Shown here one piece after another: positions 58,405 to 64,000 of a DNA stretch of 64,000 nucleotides; the stretch's first letter is position 1, and every line of letters starts with the position of its first letter. The notes beneath the pieces were generated by a model. It saw only the letters and a program-made list of their open reading frames with translations. It made no database searches and was not told the origin of the DNA. The DNA is from a virus: the IMG/VR virus record IMGVR_UViG_3300021141_000706; one strand, written 5' to 3'. The translations under genes and the position numbers were made by a program.

Positions 58405-59143
58405 ACTTTTTTATCCATTCTTTGAATTTCATAACTGATTCTTTTAGTGATTCTACAAAATCAAACTCTCTAAGAAAATCTCCAAAGTCTTCAAGATAAC
58501 CTTTCTTACTTTCATCGTTCTTATCTTTAGTCCATTGCCAGTTAAAAGAAAGAACATCTGGAGTTTTGAATCCAAAGAAACTTAAAACTTGTTTTTCTAA
58601 CTTAACAGCTTCTTCACCGTTCCAGTTGTGACCAGTTGCTATAACACCAACTTCTTTATCTTTAAGTAAATTAGATTCACCTAAAGTTGTATGTCTGTTA
58701 TCTAACCAAGTTAATCTTTCAACTAACTCACCATATATAGAATTCATTTTACCCCAACGAATTGAACCAAAGAAAATAACTATATCAGCATCAAAAATAG
58801 CATTTGCTACTTTATACATTTCGTCTGATTTATTATTCAAAGATGCCCAACATCTAATGTTACCTGTTGGATTTTTTTCTTTATCATCTAACTTAGCTTC
58901 TTTCAATCCACAAGTATTACCTCTTTTAGTTGAAACATTTCCTTCACAAGGATATATTTTTAATTTAGCAACATTAATCAATTGAACTCTATCAGAACCT
59001 AACTTTTTAATAAGTTCATCAGCTATTATTGATGATTTAGGAAGTTCATTATCACCTTCCCATCTGTTAGATGTTGTTAAGAAAAGAATTTTTTTATTCT
59101 TATTTTTCTTTAAGTAATTGTAAAGTTTCTTTAAGTTATCCAT
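58403..59143 (-). CDS. NAD(P)H-dependent FMN reductase / flavodoxin-like protein
   Basis: LTTSNR..KSS, IYPCEG, ADIVIFFGSIRWG, ERL; late motif at 59152. Confidence 0.75.
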   Translation of the reverse strand: MDNLKKLYNYLKKNKNKKILFLTTSNRWEGDNELPKSSIIADELIKKLGSDRVQLINVAKLKIYPCEGNVSTKRGNTCGLKEAKLDDKEKNPTGNIRCWASLNNKSDEMYKVANAIFDADIVIFFGSIRWGKMNSIYGELVERLTWLDNRHTTLGESNLLKDKEVGVIATGHNWNGEEAVKLEKQVLSFFGFKTPDVLSFNWQWTKDKNDESKKGYLEDFGDFLREFDFVESLKESVMKFKEWIKK

Positions 59144-59178
59144 TATGAAGTTATATATTAAAATTTATATATAGGTAT

Positions 59179-59754
59179 ATGAAATTTCTTAAAAAATTTG
59201 AAGCCAAATCAGAAGACTCTAAAGAAAAGTTAATAGAGTATGCTGATGATATTGTAAAAGTTATAACAACTTATTACTCAACTCATACTGGTGATTTATG
59301 TGATCAAATTGATGAAATACTTTGGAATACCTCAAATGTTGATTTAGATGGTTGGGAGAATGATGGTGTGCTAACTGAAGAGATGATGAGAGAAGTAGTT
59401 GAGGATTATAAAGGTGCTTGGTCCAGAGAAATAGAAAAATTACTTGATGTATATTATGATTGTAGACATTTTGTTAAACATGTAAATAAAGACTTAGTTG
59501 AAGATATAAAAGAAGTATTTTTAGAATATTCTGATATGGGTAAGGTTGAAGTTAGTAAAACGTCTAGGTTAAATGATGATAGATATTCTGTAAAAATTTA
59601 TATTAAAGATATATTATTTAAAATTAACTTTGAAGAAGTATTAGATAGAATAAAAGAATTAGGTTTTGAACATTATTCCATAGAGTGTGTCAAAAATGGT
59701 TATATAGAAAGTATGACTATTGAATTTTGGAAGCCATTACCAGAAGAAGAATAA
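59179..59754 (+). CDS. Putative head-internal protein
   Basis: MKFLKKFEA. Confidence 0.6.
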   Translation: MKFLKKFEAKSEDSKEKLIEYADDIVKVITTYYSTHTGDLCDQIDEILWNTSNVDLDGWENDGVLTEEMMREVVEDYKGAWSREIEKLLDVYYDCRHFVKHVNKDLVEDIKEVFLEYSDMGKVEVSKTSRLNDDRYSVKIYIKDILFKINFEEVLDRIKELGFEHYSIECVKNGYIESMTIEFWKPLPEEE

Positions 59755-59780
59755 AAAACCCACTTTAGAGTGGGTTTTTT
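59753..59780. terminator. Bidirectional intrinsic terminator
   Basis: AAAAAACCCACT-TTAG-AGTGGGTTTTTT. Confidence 0.85.
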
Positions 59781-59782
59781 AT

Positions 59783-60757
59783 TTAGTCGAACATATTATT
59801 GTCAACTCTATCTTTTAACTTTTGTATTGCTCTTGTTAACTCACCAGCAACTTGAATAACAACTGGATGATTAAATCCTGAAAGGCTATTTGCTATGCTA
59901 CTAATATTTCTAACTTCTGATTCTATTCCTTTTAATTCAGCCTCTAAATCACCGTATATTTTACTTTTATTAGCCTCTGTAATTTCATTCATCTTAGATT
60001 CTAACATAGACTCTAATTCTTGAACTTTTTTGAATCCAGCTTCTAATTCTTTCTCTCTCTTAGAAAGATCAGCTAAGTCAGAATCAATTTTAGTTTGAAG
60101 TTCTGCGTATTTAGAATCTACTTCTTTAGCTGATGAAAGAGCAGTTCTATCAAGATTTCTTTCTCTTTCATTTAACTCTTGAATCTTTTCTTGTAAGTCT
60201 AATTCTTTTTCAGTTATAGTTCTTGTTCTTAATCTTAAATCATCGTCTTTCTTTTCAATTGTTTTAAGATCTAATTTATATTCGTCTTCTCTTTTTTCAA
60301 CTCTTTTAATTCTGATTTCAAGTTCATCTTCTTTATCTTTGATTCTTCTATCCCTTGAATCTAAATCAGTTTCTCTTCTATCTAAATCTCTTTTGAAAGT
60401 GTTTAATTCAGATTCTCTTCTTTCTACATCTTTCATTAAAGCAGGGTCCATAGATGGAACATTATCATGTTGAATTGAAGACATAATCATATCTTCAAAG
60501 AAAGGAATTAATTTTTTACCTAATTGAGCAGGTTGAGGCATTTTTTCAGCTCTCATAAATGTTAATAATTCGGCTTTCCAGTCGATTACCTCGAAAAACT
60601 CCGGATTATTATCTATGATAGCTCTATCAATAGGAATTAATTCAGTCTTTACCTTATAAATGTACTCTTCTAAGATAGCACCAATTTTAAGAATAAAGAT
60701 TTTTTTATCTGGACTTAAATACTGAAACTCCTTTATTACTTTATGTTTAATTTTCAT
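59783..60757 (-). CDS. Long coiled-coil late protein
   Basis: Charged heptads (REx.L repeats); late motif at 60779. Confidence 0.6.
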   Translation of the reverse strand: MKIKHKVIKEFQYLSPDKKIFILKIGAILEEYIYKVKTELIPIDRAIIDNNPEFFEVIDWKAELLTFMRAEKMPQPAQLGKKLIPFFEDMIMSSIQHDNVPSMDPALMKDVERRESELNTFKRDLDRRETDLDSRDRRIKDKEDELEIRIKRVEKREDEYKLDLKTIEKKDDDLRLRTRTITEKELDLQEKIQELNERERNLDRTALSSAKEVDSKYAELQTKIDSDLADLSKREKELEAGFKKVQELESMLESKMNEITEANKSKIYGDLEAELKGIESEVRNISSIANSLSGFNHPVVIQVAGELTRAIQKLKDRVDNNMFD

Positions 60758-60816
60758 GTTTCGAAAATGAATTTTATTTATATATTAAAAACCATTGTTT
60801 TTGTTTTAATTTTTAG

Positions 60817-60824
60817 TATATTTG
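60817..60824 (+). promoter_or_regulatory. Bacteroidota -7 promoter element, near-leaderless
   Basis: TATATTTG 4 nt before ATG 60829. Confidence 0.65.
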
Positions 60825-60828
60825 TAAA

Positions 60829-61293
60829 ATGGTGTCTTTGAATAAAGAATATAATCAAATTGTGAACCTTACTAAATTCAATGTGAATTTTAGTAAGTTT
60901 ATTCATAATAATGACTTATTGAGTCATAGTCCAGACTATATTCTTGAAAAATATAATCATTGGATTGGATTTGAACCAACTATTGAGTGTAAATTATATA
61001 CACCAGATGATATGACTGATTTTTTTCTTAAATATTGGAAAAGATGGGGTATATTTGAAGAATATTCTGTGAAAAATATTTTGATGTATCTTTACTCAAC
61101 TAGAAGTATGAATCTAGTATTAATGTCTGAGAAGTTTGAAGAGTATATCGGGCCAATGAATATGATATCAGATATACCAGATAAAAAAGGATTACATCAT
61201 AAATCAGATTTATTTATTAATGATGTATTAGAAAAGAATAAAGACAATGTAAAAGTTGTTTTAAGAGATATGAAAATTGGAAGTATAATATAA
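60829..61293 (+). CDS. Hypothetical early protein with C-terminal tag
   Basis: Ends VLRDMKIGSII. Confidence 0.6.
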   Translation: MVSLNKEYNQIVNLTKFNVNFSKFIHNNDLLSHSPDYILEKYNHWIGFEPTIECKLYTPDDMTDFFLKYWKRWGIFEEYSVKNILMYLYSTRSMNLVLMSEKFEEYIGPMNMISDIPDKKGLHHKSDLFINDVLEKNKDNVKVVLRDMKIGSII

Positions 61294-61527
61294 GTCAGAG
61301 AAGCTATCGCTGGTAGAAATACTAGAGAAACTTCGACACTACAGAACCTAACACGGGAGAATAAGTAAAGAAATTGAAAGTTCGTTTGTACCGAGGAAGT
61401 AGCAACACATACAGACTTAGGGTATCGGTTCCCCTTTGATGGTCGGGTTGTGGCAGTCCTTCGGGACCACTGAAAGGTGAGATAAATGATAGCTTAAAGC
61501 AAAATGTCGGGTACGCTCAACTTATAT
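61288..61527 (+). ncRNA. rnpB: RNase P RNA, compact phage-encoded form
   Basis: P1 61288-300/61516-527; P2 AAGCTATCG/TGATAGCTT; P3 with GAAA loop; P4 AC(U)UCGACA/UGUCGGGU with bulged U; CR-IV-like AGATAAATGA; UUCG and GAAA hairpins. Confidence 0.8.
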
Positions 61528-61571
61528 AACTTTCAATTATAAAATAGTAACAAATAAAAAATAAAATAAAT

Positions 61572-62036
61572 ATGAAAATGATTAAATTCTTGATGTTGGC
61601 TCTTGTAGCAACAATGTTCTTAACTTCTTGTACTGAGAACTATTCTAATGGTGAACGTATTGGTATGATTACCAAATTCTCACAAAAAGGTCTTGTTTGG
61701 AACTCTTGGGAAGGCTCATTAAACACAACACAAACTGGTATGAATAGTGCCACTCCGTTTGAGTTCTCTGTTGATAATGATGTAAATGATGCTAAAGTTA
61801 TCTCTACTTTAGATTCAGCGGCTACCGAAGGATGGAAAGTTAAAATTAAATATCATGAAACATTCGGTAAGAACTGGCTTTCTAATAGAGGTGAAACTAA
61901 TTACTTTGTTAAAGAAGTAGAAGTTTTAGATAGAGACCCAATGGGTAGCGTATTTGGTAACTCAAATAATACAGGTGGTAAAGTTGTTGACACAATCTAT
62001 GTGGTAATCGTTCCAAAAGAAAAAGTAATTAAATAA
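61572..62036 (+). CDS. Conserved lipoprotein
   Basis: Lipobox LTSC; YSNGERIG..KFSQKG..WEG..FEFSV. Confidence 0.8.
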   Translation: MKMIKFLMLALVATMFLTSCTENYSNGERIGMITKFSQKGLVWNSWEGSLNTTQTGMNSATPFEFSVDNDVNDAKVISTLDSAATEGWKVKIKYHETFGKNWLSNRGETNYFVKEVEVLDRDPMGSVFGNSNNTGGKVVDTIYVVIVPKEKVIK

Positions 62037-62249
62037 ATGAATATAAGAAAGGGAGATAAGCTTTTATGTACCGAAGATGTGAATAACGTCTTCGGTTGGC
62101 CCTTATTTGAAAAAGGTAAGCAATATGAAGTTCTTTATGTAGATAATGAAAAGGTAAAAACTTATGTCTATATGAACCATAATCTATATGGTAATGAATA
62201 TATGGAACACGAATTACAATGGGTATTAAAAAGATTTAAGAAACAATGA
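62037..62249 (+). CDS. Small SH3-like hypothetical protein
   Basis: IRKGDKLLC..FEKGKQYEV. Confidence 0.55.
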   Translation: MNIRKGDKLLCTEDVNNVFGWPLFEKGKQYEVLYVDNEKVKTYVYMNHNLYGNEYMEHELQWVLKRFKKQ

Positions 62250-62698
62250 TAAACGATAAAGTGATAATGATTGTAGAAAATCTGATACAATCAACTAAAA
62301 ACGCAGAGTTAGAATGGATTGATAAAGGTTCTGTTGATAAAAGAAGTTATCATCGTGAGTATTATGCTATTGCTGAAGATGGTACAAAATACGAGGCAGA
62401 AGTTAAGTACACATTAAGTAATAGTGGTACTTGGGTATTAGAATCTGCTCCTTCTATCTGGGTTAGAAGTGAGAAACTTCCAAATGGTGTTTTCTATATC
62501 TATGGTGGTCAATCCGAATTGAAAGAAATTATTTCCGAATTTAGAAAAGTAATTATGGATAAGTATTGTCAAGATATGAAGCCATCTGAAAAAGTGGTTG
62601 AAGATGCTTTAGATGGTATTGCTAAAGGTATTAGTATATCAACTTATCGTGATAATAAACTAAATAAGATTCTTGGTGTCTTTGGATTAGGTAAATAA
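62246..62698 (+). CDS. Hypothetical protein with C-terminal tag
   Basis: YRDNKLNKILG. Confidence 0.6.
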   Translation: MINDKVIMIVENLIQSTKNAELEWIDKGSVDKRSYHREYYAIAEDGTKYEAEVKYTLSNSGTWVLESAPSIWVRSEKLPNGVFYIYGGQSELKEIISEFRKVIMDKYCQDMKPSEKVVEDALDGIAKGISISTYRDNKLNKILGVFGLGK

Positions 62699-62700
62699 TA

Positions 62701-62726
62701 AACTTATTAATTTCCATAGAATATAA
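62701..62726 (+). promoter_or_regulatory. Candidate middle promoter AACTT-N16-TATAA
   Basis: 5 nt before MTase ATG. Confidence 0.5.
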
Positions 62727-62731
62727 CGTCT

Positions 62732-63544
62732 ATGGAAATTAATGATATTCATCAAGGTGATTCTTTGGAGTTACTAAAAAAACTACCAGACAACTCTGTT
62801 GACTTGGTAATAACATCACCACCTTACGCTGACTTAAAAGTTTATATAGACAATGGTGGAATCTTAGCCAAAGATTATGTCAATTGGTTTATACCTTATT
62901 GTAAGGAAATAGAAAGAGTTCTTAAACCAACAGGGTCTTTCATCTTAAACATCAATGATAAAGTAGAGAATGGTTTTAGACATCCTTATGTCTTTGACTT
63001 AATATCAGAACTACATAAACAAACAGGTCTAAAAATGTTTGAGAGATTGTTCTGGAATAAATTAAAAAGTCTTCCTAACAGAGCCAGATTTGGTGATAGA
63101 GTAGAATACTTATTTTGGTTCGCTAAAGAAAAAGGATTCAAGTTTAATCTTGATGAAATGAGAACTGAGTATTCTGAGAAGTCTATTAAAAGAATGACTA
63201 AACCTCTAAAGAAAAGATTTGCCAGAACTGAAGGTGATGATAATTTAGAGTATAAAGATTGGGCTCCAAATCCAAAAGGTGCTTTACCGACTACATTAGT
63301 AAACATCTCATCTGAATCAAAACGAATTGCTGATAATCACGTTGCTGTTTTTCCAGTTGATCTTATTGAATACTTTATCAAAGGTGCTACTGATAAAGGT
63401 GATTTAGTTTTAGATATATTTATGGGAACTGGTACAACTGCTGTTGCCGCTAAGAAGTTAGGTAGAAATTGGATGGGATTTGAACTACAACAAGATTATA
63501 TAGATGTTGCGAATATTAGAATAGGTGATGTTGAGAATAACTAA
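62732..63544 (+). CDS. DNA N4-cytosine/N6-adenine methyltransferase (beta class)
   Basis: TSPPY, H.AVFP, VLDIFMGTGTT. Confidence 0.92.
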   Translation: MEINDIHQGDSLELLKKLPDNSVDLVITSPPYADLKVYIDNGGILAKDYVNWFIPYCKEIERVLKPTGSFILNINDKVENGFRHPYVFDLISELHKQTGLKMFERLFWNKLKSLPNRARFGDRVEYLFWFAKEKGFKFNLDEMRTEYSEKSIKRMTKPLKKRFARTEGDDNLEYKDWAPNPKGALPTTLVNISSESKRIADNHVAVFPVDLIEYFIKGATDKGDLVLDIFMGTGTTAVAAKKLGRNWMGFELQQDYIDVANIRIGDVENN

Positions 63545-63548
63545 AAAT

Positions 63549-63797
63549 ATGGGTAAGATAATTTCTATGAAGAGAGGTGACTTTCCCATAGATAGTTTTG
63601 TTATTATGCCTGGTGTTACCCATTATAAAAACATATACACAAATGGAAATTATTTATTCTTTAGTCAAGAAGACTATAAACAATCCATAACTATTGAATT
63701 TACTAATGAAGGTGAGTTAGATAGATTTTTTACTATGTTAATGAGAGAGATAAAATTAAATCAGCTAATAAATGTTGAGACGAAAAATACTAAATAG
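63549..63797 (+). CDS. Hypothetical protein with C-terminal tag
   Basis: LMREIKLNQLIN. Confidence 0.55.
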   Translation: MGKIISMKRGDFPIDSFVIMPGVTHYKNIYTNGNYLFFSQEDYKQSITIEFTNEGELDRFFTMLMREIKLNQLINVETKNTK

Positions 63798-64000
63798 AAT
63801 AGGTGTTGTGTTTGGTATATTAGCATTCTTAATGATGTTTGTTATACCATTCTTTATCAAGTCTAATGATAAAATGTATGCTGGTATTTACTTTTGTTTC
63901 TTTCTAACTTGTACTTGTGTGGCTAATGTAACATTAGAAAAATCAAATAAACCACCATCTCTTGAAGAAAGAGAAGAAAAAATTAGACAAATTATTAAGT
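63772..64000 (+). CDS. Two-TM membrane protein with C-terminal tag (runs off window; not in ORF track)
   Basis: MLRRKILNRIGVVFGILAFLMMFVIPFF...YAGIYFCFFLTCTCVA...EEREEKIRQIIK. Confidence 0.6.
   Translation, partial: MLRRKILNRIGVVFGILAFLMMFVIPFFIKSNDKMYAGIYFCFFLTCTCVANVTLEKSNKPPSLEEREEKIRQIIK

Noticed and set aside
61288-61527. Group I intron or tmRNA reading of the structured RNA
   Set aside because: It interrupts no gene, has no tRNA-like ends or tag ORF, and its helix order matches RNase P
62732-63544. Restriction-modification system
   Set aside because: No cognate endonuclease nearby; orphan methyltransferases are common in phages
1-64000. Stop-codon reassignment as seen in some Bacteroidota jumbo phages
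   Set aside because: Known genes are full length in the standard code, and TAG and TGA both end genes (e.g. 55243, 52021)
1-64000. Bacterial chromosome or eukaryotic giant virus origin
   Set aside because: gp32, gp13, T4-type topoisomerase, Rnl1, endolysin and Bacteroidota promoters are interleaved with the host-like genes
1-64000. CRISPR array, tRNA, rRNA or IS element
   Set aside because: No regularly spaced repeats, cloverleaf or transposase seen by eye

Overview
64 kb of an AT-rich, gene-dense, standard-code jumbo/huge T4-like (Tevenvirinae-related) phage genome. Hallmarks: gp32-like SSB, gp13 neck, gp3/gp19-fold tail protein, RNase H, topoisomerase II (gp39+60 and gp52), Rnl1 RNA ligase, NrdB, dCMP deaminase. 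The host is very probably a Bacteroidota bacterium: TAnnTTTG/TTTG sigma-A promoters, a T9SS type-B CTD protein and a GEVED protein. Host-like cargo includes dnaK/dnaJ/grpE, nusG, deoC, a GuaC/IMPDH-family enzyme, glf, glycosyltransferases, an LpxH-like enzyme and uvsE. Main discoveries, all by eye with no database searches: (1) a translationally coupled cassette at 43834-44294 (two of its three ORFs are absent from the ORF track) encoding ~50-aa fragments of major capsid protein, prohead protease and probably portal, each fused to the same RKxKIxKLF tail; a fourth capsid-fragment mini-protein lies at 3228-3455; (2) that tail is a variant of a C-terminal R-[DEKNH]-x-[KRx]-[IL]-x-x-[ILV]-[LIFV] helix on about 18 otherwise unrelated proteins, suggesting a bait-plus-docking-tag adaptor system; (3) a second, non-overlapping N-terminal MK(Y/H)LK..F.E(S) tag resembling the T4 capsid-targeting sequence on about 19 late proteins, including an Acb1-like 2H phosphoesterase-exonuclease fusion, RNA ligase, DeoC and a GNAT; (4) a compact ~240-nt RNase P RNA at 61288-61527; (5) three candidate promoter classes that track with these protein classes. 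No tRNA, rRNA, CRISPR array or IS element was recognised.
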